From positions 2,914,001 through 2,978,000 of the forward strand of contig JAYWIR010000021.1 of NCBI GenBank assembly GCA_036172245.1: DNA of 64,000 nucleotides. The letters run 5' to 3'. The translations under genes were made by a program, and so were the position numbers. Shown in pieces: positions 47,786 through 61,470 of this stretch. Source of the stretch: Raillietiella orientalis. Lineage: Eukaryota. The notes under the pieces are model-generated. The model saw only the letters and a list, made by a program, of their open reading frames with translations, ran no database searches and was not told the origin of the DNA. Within the stretch, counting starts at the first letter, position 1. The number at the start of each line of letters is the position of its first letter.

Positions 47786-49549
47786 GCCCGGACACCGAGG
47801 TCCTCAGAGAATGCAGCAGGATTCCGACGAAATTCTTACAGCTGGATCAAATGGACTTCACGGAGCTTTCTGAAGGGGTGGCTGGGTTGAGAAACGCTGG
47901 TGTTTCACATGAGAATCGCAACCAGGCTGCTCGGGAATGAATGGCGAGTTCGGTTTCCATGCTCACGGAGCCTAAATTCTGACCATGCAGCCAACCATCC
48001 GCAGAAGCTGAGCGGATTGCTCGGCAAAGGATAACCCCAAGTGCGAGATGGCATTGCATAAAGTAGGGAAATTTCATAGTTCCAGAGAACTAAGCCGACT
48101 TTCATTCTGAAATCTCACACACCCATCTTCCATGTACCGTACGAATCGATAGCAGTAGCGCATCTTGAGGTTCTCTCTTAGAACCAGGTATCTTACATTC
48201 TGACGTCGGATCTCGACTCAGGTAATCGTGTTTCCGATGTTTTAGCTGCTTCGCCTTTCCAGCAGCAAGTATTCAGCATGTACCTGTCTTCTAAATAGCT
48301 TTTGCTTTCATCACAATTTCGGGCATTCCCATTTAGTAGCAATGCTGGCTCTCTCGATGCTGAAGAGATTGTACCCCTTTGACTCGAAACACCAGTCAAA
48401 GGGAGCGAAGAGAGCGAGTGAAAACCACATCTCTGCGACTCATAGAGCAGCTGATTCCAGGAACCTCCCTCAGACTCCTGGGAACGTGTGCGTGTCCGTT
48501 TCAGTGATCCAGATGGCCAAACTTTCACAGCGTTTTCCCTTTTCCCTATGCCCACAGCCTACAACCCTTGACATGCAATGCAACGCATCCGCTAAACGAT
48601 CACCGGTTCGAAGCTTCGCGCGAAAGTCCGACGTGTCCGAGGGTGGAGAAAAGAGGAAAAAAAAAATAAAAATGCCGCTCAGTCAATTAGAATCACAAAA
48701 GAAATACGACCCTTTGAAATACTGCAGGATCTTCGCGAAAGTACGGGGCACGCGTCTGCAAACGTACCAGCAGCGATTTCTCACAGGGAGAGAAGAAAAA
48801 AAAAAAAAAAATGCTTGAAAATTGATCGCCGACCACGCAAACTAATACCACGATAGCAGCAGCCCCATCAACTCGCTGGGCAATAAGTTGGTTGTCAACT
48901 TTTTCCACAGTCCCTCATGTGCGACATAATAAGTTGAGCAACAGCAGCAGCAGTTTTATCCTCACCAACTTCGTGGAAAGACATAAATCTTTGCTAGCAC
49001 GGGGAACTGGTTCAGTATCGACATGCAAGAGAAAATTAAAGATTGTAAATCTCGGTGTTTTTCCTTCCTGATTTTAGCAGCCCTATTAGCCATGAATGGA
49101 GAGAGCTAGACGATCCTATTTGGGAATCACTTTACAAAGAGCGACCGAAGTGGACCCAACGGCCATTAGAGCCAAACAGATGGAGATAAATAGGACGATG
49201 TAAATGTTCCAATCTTGCACGGGATTCTGAAACAGGGGTGAACAAACTTCAGCGATGCTTGTTATACGGCGGTGAGTCAAAAATGAATTTCAAAAGCACT
49301 CTCTCCCGATCGGGAACAGCCGACCAAACGCACTCGACCTGGGTTATGATCACAATCTTCCGTGCTTTACCGTGCTTCGAGTGGATCAGGACACGTGCTC
49401 GTGGAGGCGCAAGAACAAGGGCGTCTGCATGGGAGCGCTTCCAGGTTGGTGTCGCGTAGGGAAGGCTCCTGAGTGAATGGTGTCGACGTCTCTTGAAAAG
49501 TCCCTCTCAGGAACCGAAAAGAATCCCAGTTTCAGAGATTCAGCTCCAT

Positions 49550-50300
49550 CTCAACCGTGGCAGGCTGATGGGGAACCACAGTAGAATGGCCAGTAACGCA
49601 CGACTCAAAACTGCACTGTAGAGAACATCCACGCTTGACATTTTTGAAATAGAGTTTACTGGCCCTAAGTCGGACTCAGCGATGTGCATATCTGTATTTC
49701 GGAAGATGGCTAAAGACATGAATTGTTCGTATGCATCTGTTTTTTCCGCAAAAAATCGCCTGCAGTCGTCTGAGTGGAGTACCATGCCCTCGCTTACTAC
49801 CCAAATTGATGACTGTTCCTCCTTGAGGGCTTCTTTTCCTTGTGCACTGCCCTCACGAAGATCCTTTCCACACTTTCGGAGTCTGTGGTCTGGAGGCTTT
49901 GTTGAGAACTTGACCACATTCCCCTACGTCCGTTATGCCGAATCCCATAGTCCCTCGTTTTTTTCCTCCATGTTTGTGCATCTTGTTAAATTAACTCGCG
50001 AATCAGAGAAACAGGAAGGGATTCCCGCTCTCCAGAGACTTTCGCTCTCAAGAGACAACGGGAAGATCCCTTCGCACGCTCAACAACGCTTAACAGCAGA
50101 CGCATCGCGAGCACGTGGCTGGACCAGCACGGAGGTCACGCGAGTCGATCCCGATGCAAAGAACTGCATGCTGAACATGCAAAGCTTGGAAGCCCCCGAG
50201 CAATGCCCACTCCCTACCACCGAGGTTTCCGACTTGCTGGAGGTACTTGCTGCCCTGGAGCAGGGTTTTCTGGAAGTCTAGCGCTGCCGTGAGGATAGGC
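49550..50300 (-). mobile_element. Possible decayed Ty3/gypsy pol (RNase H region) relic
   Basis: PILTAALDFQKTLLQ, ASGSTRVTS and VLAM/AVKRC occur in gypsy RNase H order, but are heavily degraded. Confidence 0.3.
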
Positions 50301-53300
50301 TGGATATCTTTATTAGCTTGCGAATAGGAAGAACGAGCATTTTCTTCCCCGGTGAGGAATCGAATTCCATCGATCTAGGGATTTGCATGCGAGTAGCATG
50401 CAAGTGCTTGTTTTGCAATGTCATGCCTGCATGTTATGTTTCCCTCAACCGTCTGTAATACTGATTACAGTCTTGGTGGAGTTAAGCACCACAAGACGTG
50501 ACGCTTAACCTCGTTGATCATTTGATTTCACCGGCTCTACGTTGGAGATCGTCAAAAAAAAAAAAAAAAGAACAAAAAAGCAGATTAGTTCGATTTTTTT
50601 TTTTTTTTTTCTAAAAAAAAGGAGTTACCTAACGTTTGTCCCAAAGGGCTTGAAGAATTCGAATAGGGAATGGGATGCCCTACGCAGTGAGAGATGACGT
50701 AAATCCAAAGGCAATGGCAAAGTGAATAAAAGCATGTGATTCCTACAGCGAGGAATACAGCATTGCAAGTGCGAGTTCGTAAGCATAAAAATGCGGAAGG
50801 TGAGCTCGAGAAAAGGGGAGAGTTGCCAACCAACGCTTGCAAGAAGAAAGTGGTAGCCATCATGGGCATCCACTCCGCCTTTCATATCGTTTGCATATCA
50901 CATTCAAAGTGTTTCTCTATCTCTGGTCCGAAAGTACTTTTGTGGTTTCTTCCTTTTTTTGTGTGTTTTTCTTCCGGATGACCTGTTACCTTTGGAGTCA
51001 GTGCGAGAAGGAAACGTGTTTGAAGAATGAAAGGTGTGGCAGACTGTGTGCACTCTGATTTCTCCAGCTTCCTGAATAAGACGGGTCTTTATGACCCTTG
51101 ATTACCCGTCGGTCAGAGCCGCTTGACTCCGGCTTTGGACCGAGACCATTACAAGGTTTTTTGAATTTTTCTCTCTCCTCAAAGTCTTGGCAATCCGTGT
51201 GCCTCGGCCTGGTCAGACACAAAGCAGCGGGACTCTCCGTGTCGGGCGAGAAACGAAGAACGCCTCATTTTCACGGGTAAGAGAAACCAAACCCTTCAGT
51301 CCGGATCTTAGCAGAAAGACTGTGTTCATAGTGAGATAGGATTTCCAGTCTAAAGCCTTTGACCTTCAGGAGTTTTTCAACACCCTTGAAGGATAAAAGG
51401 CCATTTGACAAACCTCATAGGAGCCACGAGGAACCCATTTGAGTTGGATTGCTCTAGGATACACCTCCCGTCATATAATTCACCTCCCAGAGACCGGCAA
51501 CTTCGCTCCCAATAATAGCACAGAGACTGCTATTCTCTTCTTTTTTGCGATGAATTGCTGCCTAAACGACGAAGACGTATTCATCCTTTCACGAAATGAG
51601 CATTGCTGTTCGGAAATGTCAAAGCAGATGAATGTCATATTGTCCTTGTTCCTGGTCCTCTTCGAGAAGATGGGGCTTTTAGAAGCAATGTACATGTTCC
51701 CTCCTTCGAAACTTTAACGTGAGCAGACTATTTTCATTTTGTAAGGGAGATTGAGATGGAAAGAAAAGAAAGGAGAGGGGGAGATGGCGAGCTCATTTGA
51801 GGTTGTCGCGAATGCATGAGCTTTTGTCACAATAGCAACCCCAGTTTCTTGTACTTGAACAGAAAAGAAGCTGATGAATGGTAATAAATGACTTTCTTCT
51901 AACAGCTATGTCATAAGGGAGGGGAATGAAGAAAGTAAAAGAAAGAAAACAGAGGATATGAGTATTCTTCTGCTCAAGAAAAGAAGATACACTATTGACA
52001 TCTTTTTAATCCGACTACTTTTACTTCCTGCCCAATGAGATTTCTTCGCAGGCATGAGCAACTATCAACGGAGTGCTGGCAGATTTAATAGTGGATTTCT
52101 GCACGCAGCATCTGGAACGGAAGCTCACTGAGCTGTGAAAAAGCATTCATGAAAGATGTTTTGCTCATTTTCAGCAACAGTGCTCAATCAGCTTGATTTC
52201 TTCTCAAGTACCTTCAGCGTGCTAGCGTTTTACGAGCTTTCCCCCATCAGACAACCAGCATCTGTTTACAGCACAACCAGCAAAACGACCTCCTACATAA
52301 CGATTACTTGGCAAAGCAACACTCCTATCTACCGCATCTACGGAAAACGAAGAGCAAACAACCTTATGACCTTTTCCCCCGGTGCTGTGACTTCTGCCTT
52401 TGCTCTTGTTGTAAGCTAGAGAGATGGGAGAAAATTCCGGTGTTTTTCAAACACAGGAATTTCCCATCTGTGAACTGATGTTCAGAACCAAACATGTGCC
52501 TTGAATGAGAAGACTTTTGAGAAACACCTATTTCCATGCTACACAAGGAGTCCCGGCTCCCCAACTTTAATCACATCACAGTTGATATCGCGCTAGCAGA
52601 AAGTAAGGCAGCCACCTATGAGGCCACAACTCCTCCCACGAGATACTGATTCTTTGCTCTCACTTTTCCTTTATCCCTCTAATCGTAGCGGCTTATTATG
52701 TCCCATCGATCTAGGGATTTGACAAGCCGCAACATCCGACGATCTCCTAGAATACAAAAAAGTTCTTCCTTCTCCTACACAGCAGAGTATATACAATGAG
52801 AAAGATATCCCATCGTTCTATACTGAGCTATAAGTATGTATCCTTCACACCTAGAAAACGTTCGTTCTTAACATGCATTCTCAGCTACCTTCTCTTCCTC
52901 AGTCAAGAAGTGGTGCTGGAAAAGTCAGCACACTTCCTTCCCTTGTGCTCAGGAGCCTTCCAAACAAGCAGTCCTCAATCACAAAAGCCAATAAATAAGC
53001 ACAAAACTACTTCAACTCCCACTGCATTCGTTCTGTCATCGTGTTTTTTGCTTCCTGTTTGCCTCCCTCATCCTCCGGTTTTTCAAAAAATGTTAACTTG
53101 GCTTCCCCAACGATGCATAGGTGCACAACACAACACAGAGCACATGACAAGCCAGAAAAGTGTGAGCCGAAATCAGCATGACACCCTCAACTGTGACCCT
53201 TTCGTTTCAGAACATCCTGAATCCCCGGAATAATGCCGTATGCCCAAGGATGAATCAAAGCTGTTGTCAGTTCACCTCCAAAAGTACGAAACAAATCTTT

Positions 53301-56300
53301 GATGTACCCGGCCTGCTTTCAGGCCTCTGCTGTGTTCTCCGTGTCACCCACATGGGAAACAGACCACTCCATCTTGTCCCCTTACACTCCGGCATCATTA
53401 CGGAGAGGATCACAAACTAACTAAGTTTGGATCCCGAAAGTCTACTGTGACCGCGAAGATGCATCAATGAACTGGCCAGGGACTTCAAGCAAAGTCAGTA
53501 GTCCACGACTTTGAAGGGAAGACTGATGGTTGGGATGAAATTTGCAACTCCATTTCTTGCTTCATCACCTTTACCACTTGCGTTATCAGGTTTCATATGT
53601 AACACTGCACCTATGTAAGTGGAGCTCCTTCAAATTCCTTCCCTGAGCTCTTCTCAATCCCTCAGGATCATGCGCCACCTTGGAACTCGAAAAAGTGGAC
53701 ACTGCTGGCTGCGAAGACCTCATCGCTGCTGCTCACTGCTGCTTTCTCAGAACGGAAAGGCAAAGCGGAACTTCTAGGAAGATGACGCTCCTCTGGCTCA
53801 GGAGCTCCACGATTAGGCTGTTCCAATCGAGCGATTCTTCAAGGAAAGGAAACCTCAGCAGATGGCAGAAGACTTCCGCAACATCCTTACGCCTCCATCT
53901 TCGTGTCAAATCAATAAGACTCCTTTTCATCTTCTCCTCGTGCAACAGAACAGATGCCTTCAAGGGCTGAAGACCTCCCAATTTGGAAGCAGAGGAGATA
54001 CGCACTCCAATCTCTCTAACAGTAAGAGGCGTGAGGGAGAGAAAAGATCCAATTAGAGCCGGGCAAGGTAGAGGAAAGGAGGTACGTGAATTATTCGGGA
54101 AAGCACACAGCATCTTCACATGCTCCAGTCTCCTGCAGCAGCACGCCCGCCACCGCTATGCTGACAGAGAAGGGAAGAGGATGCTGCTGAGACTACGAGA
54201 GCGACTTGCACATTCAGCCAAATCTCTTACAGCGAGGCAGCCCTAACTGGAGCTTCGATCCCCATCAGAACTCCTGAGGTCCCTCCCAAATTACGGATGT
54301 TCAGAACAAATCGGAAGGACTTCTTTTGCCTTTCTTGTCTGTCGGAGAACGCGCTGTATGCAGAATGATGTCTTCGGTGACTCATTTTTTTCCTCCCTTT
54401 TCTTTCACATTCTCCCTGGAGGAACACCCATGGTCATGAGAATGTACCGGAAAGAAGAAGAGTTATCTTGCAAGAAATGTTCGTCTATACTCCCCTTTTC
54501 TCCCGGAAACCAACCTCCCTTATCTCTTTGGAAGAGACGAAATGATAGGGGAAAGACATGAGGAGATGATGCTAGTCCATCCGGAACTCCGCGAGATCAA
54601 CTCTCCTTCGTGCGCAGTAGGGAGTCTTGAACCTCCTCCCCTTCATGGAAGAGTCGTGAGGCAACAGAAGCGTCCAGATCTTCCCACTCTCTCTCTCTCT
54701 CTCTGCCTGCTCATTTTTTCCCCTGCTTCAGACCTGTTCCAAAACCTCATTTCCCTTCCCCTTTCGGACTGGAACCTTCTTTTGGAGTCCTCTTCGCATG
54801 CCAGGCAGTCTCTTATTTCTAGGAACACTTTCAACCCGCCTCGCTGACGAACCTGGCAAACAACGGAACCCTCTGGACGTTTTTGTTATAAGAAAGAATT
54901 CCCAAGAAGCCTCCCATCGTCCAAATACGGTGCTTGGTCCACTCTCTAATCTCACACTTCTCCCAGAAATTCCCCCAGATTTCTCTCCTCCTCTTCTCTC
55001 CTGAGGAGAGATGCTTCCCCTCTCCGTTTGGCACTTTCCCAAGTCCTCTTCCTCAGACCTTCCACCTGTTGGTTGTCTTATTTGAAGAAGAGTTTCTATT
55101 GGCAACAAGCAGCTGTCCGATCACTACCTTTAGCATGCCAACTCGCGAGCTTGCCACTGTCCTAGCTTTTCGCACAAGAGCCCCACCTTCTGCTTCCTCC
55201 CTTCCTTCCAGGAGTTGCTCTGGAAGTCTGCGTCTCCGGTTATGGATCAAAGTTCTGGAAGACAACTGCCCATCCTCTAGAAATCCCCACCAGAATTTCG
55301 GGGAGGGATTGCATGATGTCTGGATTTTCTGAAGGCGCTGGATGTCAACTTCTTGGGATGGTCGTATCAGCAACAGTTCTGTGGAACCTCTGAGTTTCGT
55401 TGAAGGAAGAATAAGACAGGAAAGAAAAAAGGAACTCTTTTGTCTGTTTGCCGACTCCACTTCAGCCACTTTTCCTCCATGTGGACGCCGTTTCTGTAGA
55501 TGCTCCATGAGGAAGCAACTGCTCAATCAGTTCAAGAGGAAGGAAAGTCCGTCCAGAGTCTTAGGTTCAGCTGGAACTGCAACTCGGATCACCGCTCCGG
55601 ACCAAGAAGTTTTGGGCAACCAAGAAAGGAAGCATCATCGCCACGGTACTTCTGGAATGACATTTGCTATTCAGATCTGTACGTACCTTTCATCCTTGAG
55701 TCGTCTAGAGGCCAGGACAGACGAGAGGGAACGTTCCTGACTATTGCAGCAACGAAAACGGCCCTTTGTCGGAAAAGAGGCGAGCGTGGGTCCTTGGCAC
55801 GAGCAGAGAATTGGGCTCGCAGCTTCGAATTTCCAAATGGAACACGGTGCTGCACCATCGGGCAGCATTCGCACCGGAATTCATCGAGCGAGACAACTTG
55901 CAGCTCGCTGCCTTCTCCAGCACCGAGAGAAGCTGGGGGTGCCCCAGCAACCCTCGGTCTCCTGGGCAACGAAGGCTTACTTTCATCTGTTATGAGAAAA
56001 CTTTTTCGCGAGGGAGGAAGCTGTGACGAAGCAAGTTGTATCCTAGGATGCGGAAAACGCTATCGGGGATGCTTCGCCAGCAGCAAGCACCTTGACTTGG
56101 CCGCCTCGTGGCGAGCCACGAAAACGAGCCCACCTTGACGTAAAGGATCACCTTCTCCCACCATCCGTTCGTGAAGCGGCTTCTCCGCTTCACGCTCTCC
56201 CTGAAGCCGCTAAGGCGGGGAACATGCGCAACCTCAGCAGAAGTGCTCCGAGAACCCAGAGCACCAGGACCGACTCCTAGGCAACAGCTTGAATTACCCG

Positions 56301-59300
56301 CTGCCGTCCGATATCTGCCCATAATTTTCCCTGTTTTACGGACTGCCTTATTGCGAGGTCTCCAATGCTTCTTGGACACGGGGCAAAAAGTCGAAAACCT
56401 GGAAATGACAAATGAAGGATGCTGATGTTCTTTGGTTGCCCTGCTCGCATTCGGGGTTCGCTGGAAGAATTCCCTAAAAGCGCGGTTTTGATTAATCGCC
56501 GCTTGTAAAGCACGGAAAGTCATCGGCATTTTAATTCACCCCGTCCCTCTTGCTCCTTCCTCCCTCCCTTCCTCCCTCTCTCTCCACGGGAGTCGAATCC
56601 CGCTTCCTCCCGGGAAAACCTCGCAATTATCACCCTAGCCGATTCGATTTCTCGGGAACACAAGACATTGACCGCAGCCGCTTCTGTTCACATCCTGCGG
56701 CAGCCTTATCTGCTGAATCTGGAAATCCTCCCTGCAGAGGAGGAGAAGCGGGCTGAGCTCCAAGTGAAGCGTTCGTGATCTGCGGTCTCTGGCAACCGCG
56801 CAAATGTTGCCAGCTCCTGTTTCAGGAGAGGCGCAGGGAATCCAAGAATTTCGCGATGGTGGTGAACGAGGAAGAGAGGGGGAAACTGTCGCTCATCCCT
56901 CCTGCATTCTCCTGATGGTCCTGCCACGGGTAAGGGGTGAGGGGGAAAGAGGAAGGGGGGCTGGAAGGGGATGGGCTGCTACCTTCAAGGTGCTTTCCTC
57001 CTTCCCCATCGCATCGATTCATTGGCTCAGCTGCCACATCGTCCTCCTTCCCCTGTGCCCGCCAGGCACCTCAAAATCCTCGAAGAGACGGCCGATGCCA
57101 TTCGAAAGTGGATACGGCGAGGGGAGCTGAAAAGATCAAGGAAGTCTTCCTCGGGCACTCGGTGAATTGGTGAAGAACTAGAGTGCACCATGTTCCCTGA
57201 GTGGTCCACACGATGAAAAGCAGGAGGGAATGAAACAATGACCAGAGGACGACTACATCCTGCAGGCCTGAGGCCCGCGAAGACGGAGCAGCATGCCTGC
57301 GTGGATGGACTCCGTGCGCCGAACGGAGCGCGGATGCCAAGGGACCTGAAGCGCCACCGCCACTCCCCTGAAGACCGCGCCGAAGAGGAAGGTGGCAGCT
57401 CCCGGTGGGGAGGAAACAGCAGACGCCTCTTCCCACGTCGCACCCAACCAGTTCCTCCCTCCACCACGCGAAAGCTGCAGGTGCAGAAAACTCCCCGCCT
57501 ACAAAACCTCCAGAGACCTCAGCATTTCCGAGCGCTCCTCCTCACGCATGAGCTTCTCCCACAGGAAGAGCAAGCCGTCCTCTACGGGAGCACGCCATTC
57601 GGAACGAATACACGCGCTTGACGTGGGTCACGTACGGGGAGGATCCCGAACTCGCGAACTCGACTGAAAGCTTCGGGAGAGCTGGGAAAGAGGAAAGTTC
57701 CCTTGGCTCCTCTCCTGCGTTGGTGTTTCCTCACAAGCGTCCCGGAACGCCCCCGTGTATGTGGATGTTCCCGTGCCCTAATAAATGGATTCTACTTGAG
57801 TTCAGCTAGGAATTCTGAGATTCAATATGAATTTTCCACAGACCATAAGTATTGGTTTCTCAAAAGCAGTCGGCTTTCCAGATGGAATTCCGGTTTCTCT
57901 CTGCGTGTTTATCCAGAATCCCTCATCTGCAGATCGGTCGTAGGGAGCCAGCGGAAAACAAAAAGAAAAAAAAATGGCAAGAGCTCGGATGAGTTTGTTG
58001 TTGTTTCTGCTGCTGCCGCTGTTGCTATACCTTTTTTTTTTGTTTGTTTGTTTGCTTGTCCACGGAAGTCTGTCTACTCCTCACACCTCTACTCCTCTCA
58101 TGCGATCCGCAGCGGAGATTTTAAATTTCCTCTGCAGAAATTCTCTTCCTGGCGTATCGCGGGCCCGAGTATCCCGAAAACAAGAGCTCTTGGGATCTCA
58201 GAGTGGGCCCGCAGAAGCGTTGCGACCGCTGAATCGAAAGGCTGCAAGTAAGTCTGCAAGAAACTGCAAAGAGGCGTGCCTCAGGGATGCCTCCTGTACA
58301 ATGAGACGAACCGGGTAGGCAATCTTCCATTCCGAGTACTCGCGGACCCTTCTGGGCATTTTCAAGCACCTTCCTTGCGTCGTCTTACCTCTTTCTGATT
58401 TCTGCTGAATTGTTCCAGGTGTCTTCGGGAGCGAAGAGGCCGCAAAAAGAGCAAAACGAAACGAAACAAAACTCCGCGGCTCAAGCAGCACAATCTTGAG
58501 CGTAAGGATGGATCAGACTTCGCTTCCTCCTTCGCTTAAGGAAGATCACTGATTTTCCTGGCCTCGTCCCTTGCAAGTGCCGAATGCGAGCGAATCGAAC
58601 TGCAAGATCCAAATCAACTGTCCTTGCTTTCTGAAGTCATGTTCTGCTCGAACCATGTCACTCCTTCTCAAGAGCTACGCCTCCTCATTCTTCTCCTCTT
58701 CACTTCCTGCTCCAAATCCCCTAGGTTGAAAAGTGAAGTCTGCTTCACACTGTCACGTGATGAATCCATCAGAAACACGCTAAGCTGTATACGCGTAAGG
58801 ACAAACTATGCCTCGCTCCTAGAAGATGCGGAAGGTGCATACCGCAGCATCTGAGGAGCAGCATCTTATGGCGCGGTATGATGCAGCCATGCACATGAAA
58901 ACATGGTGTGACCAAAGTCCTCCCAATGAAGGTGCAAAAGCCCAGTGCCCCGCTCTAATCCTTCACTGATTGCATCGTCGAAGATCGCGTCCTTTGCAGC
59001 TGAGGTAGGGGATTAGGTGAGCAGACCATCGGACAGGTAGATCTAAAGACGCCCTACAAAGCGGCAGCACTGAAGTAGGCGGCAGAGCTTTCCGGTTTCA
59101 GTAGCAGCGGCAGCGATGCATCTGCGCCTATCGCGGCAATGATGGGAACAGATAATTTAGATAAATGAACCCACATGGAATGACTTCTACATCCAAGAGC
59201 CAACTTTGCATTTTCATCTTCATTTTTCATTTGTTTATCTTTATTTTCATTCTTATTTATTCATATTTTTGTGGGCTGGTGTGCTCCAATCCCAGTAGAC

Positions 59301-59879
59301 GACTAGTGGGTCGGAAATCCTTCTGAGACTATTTCTGCTTTGAGCCGGACATTCGGCCCTTCGCAGACTCATTCTTTAGAAGCTGCAAGCGTCCAGACGA
59401 AACCAAGTAAGAACGACCTTCTAGGACCAAGGCTCGAAATGGCATCTTCATACGCACTTAGGTCAGCGCGTAGCAGCATCAGCCTGTTGATTCTTCTCCA
59501 TTTTCAGATGCACAGTCGATCCGGAATGCAGCCTGATACGAGTGCGTGTTTTTTTGTGTGTGTTTGTGTTTTTCGCCTGGCCGCGAAAAATTTGTGCACA
59601 TCAACAAAAACGGAACCCTTGTTTTGAATGAATTTTATATACACACGTGAACCCCATGGGAGTGGACTAATGGCTTACAGGTATCTGCATAACCTATGCA
59701 AAGGGTGACAAGCGGTCTCCTTAGCTCTGTTAGCTCACTCTTTTCAAGTTCTGGCACACGCCTATTTTGATCATGGAGAATCGAAGTGCAAAACCGGAGA
59801 CGCATTCCTCACCGCCCGACTGCAGAGCTGCCGAGCTCTCTCACGTGGTAAGTTAGTAGCTAGAAATAGAATGGACACC

Positions 59880-60320
59880 AGTTCTACACTGATGGACTCC
59901 TGGAAATCACCAATCATATTTCTTTTAGCCTCCCTTTCCTCGATAGAATGGACGAATCGAAAGTGCCTGCCCAGAAGGTGAAGCACTTTGGATTGGAGCA
60001 TCCTGGAAGATGGCCGATCCTCCAGCTCCTTGTCTTCTTCATTCGTGCCAGGCACAGTTTACCACCTCCAACCATCAGTGCAGAGAAGTGAGCATGAATG
60101 TGATCGGCAGCGATTCCACGGCCAGTCCGTATCCGGGGGCTTCTCCGTCCTGAATGGTGCTTTCGGGCGTCCGACTGACCGGTCATCTGTCCACCACGGT
60201 TCCAGCTTTCTTCTTCTCGGCACTAGCGCTTTCCTGGCCTGCGCGCAGTGCGCAGTTTGTGAGCCAGAAAAACAAGAAGTGTTTTCCGAGGTACACGGAA
60301 ATCATTCGGGATGTCGTCTT
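59880..60320 (-). mobile_element. Possible decayed Ty3/gypsy RNase H relic
   Basis: LAVESLPITFMLTSLH*WL (cf. ExExLAIxFAxxxFHxYL) is followed by SRMLQSKVLHLLGRHFRFVH..NMIGDF (cf. RxxRWxLxL..F..NxxADxLS). Confidence 0.35.
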
Positions 60321-61258
60321 CGATGATTTCGGAAGAAAATACGAAACGGGAACTGTTATTGGTATCCCTGTTTGGATGTTAGCATTTCAGACTCGTTGCT
60401 CGAAATCCTCAAATCAGTTTTGTCTTCACCACGTAGGCAGATGCGGAGTTCTGTTAGGCACGCATGGAAAAAGGAGACAAACAACGACGATGGCTTTTGT
60501 TACTTTTTGTGAGAAATTCCATCCCAAGAATTTCCAGATGTCTTTTGGAGTGAGCCTATCGATTGTGCATCGGATGTGACAGACGCCAAAAAGAATCGCT
60601 CCCTCCAAGGAGCTGCTGTTCTAATGTTTTTCTGCATTTTCACCTCAGCATAGATAAAACTTGAAGGAAAGAGCAGTTGAGTCCGAAATCTCCTGATTGA
60701 AGACAGGTCGACCAGGGAAGCTCCCCACAAAAGCACTTAATTGGCTCTCAGATTGAATTTTTTTTTTTTTTTTCCTGGGTTTTCAGGAAGGAAGATCCAT
60801 TTTAGAGTGATCTCAGCAGAGCCATTTCGTTGCTTGGTTTTCGTAGGATGCATCTCGCTTGTAGGATTCTGGAGACCAGTCATATACTCTTGTTCTGAAA
60901 CATTCTGCCCACGAATTTCTGATTTCCAAAGATTTCCATCCTCAAATATCCCCAAAGTAGGTTCTGCTTCACTCGCAGCGCTGCTGCCTGTCTCTGTGCT
61001 TGGTACAGCAAAACAAAATTAATGCTCCCACACTGCTCCCGTGCTCTTGAAGGAGTACTTCTTGCCCGCGCATCCTTGATAGGTTTCTTCTTTGAAAAAA
61101 AAAAAAAAAAAATCAGCTGGACCCTCTGATAGTGAGTGCAAAGTGGCCTGTTTTTCGCTATTGGTGAGAGGACCTTGTCCAAATATATCGTAGGATAGCA
61201 CAGTTTTGCCAAAACGCATCGTAGGATCGGAAGCCGAGATCACCAGCATTCGTTGTGA

Positions 61259-61470
61259 GTGGGAGCACGCGTTCTAGAGGCCAGGTCCCTGATGCTGGGA
61301 AGGATAAGAGGAATCAAAGAGTGGAAAAATCCAAGGTTGAAGATAGGACAACTTTTGACACTGGAAGTGGGTTCTTCGTTGTTTCATGCGCTATCGGGAT
61401 CGGTTCGAGAACGGTTAATGACGGGAATTCATCTCCGGAGGGATAATACGATTTCACGATACTGACTCAT
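61259..61470 (+). mobile_element. Possible BEL/Pao pol C-terminal relic
   Basis: KEWKNPRLKIGQLLTL..G..RRDNTISR resembles KW..LKVGDLVL..GxDGxVR. Confidence 0.22.

Noticed and set aside
57130..57640. GIY-YIG/Penelope-like words (VFLGHS..TR, EHAIRNE)
   Set aside because: The spacing is inconsistent with the domain and the match is probably chance.
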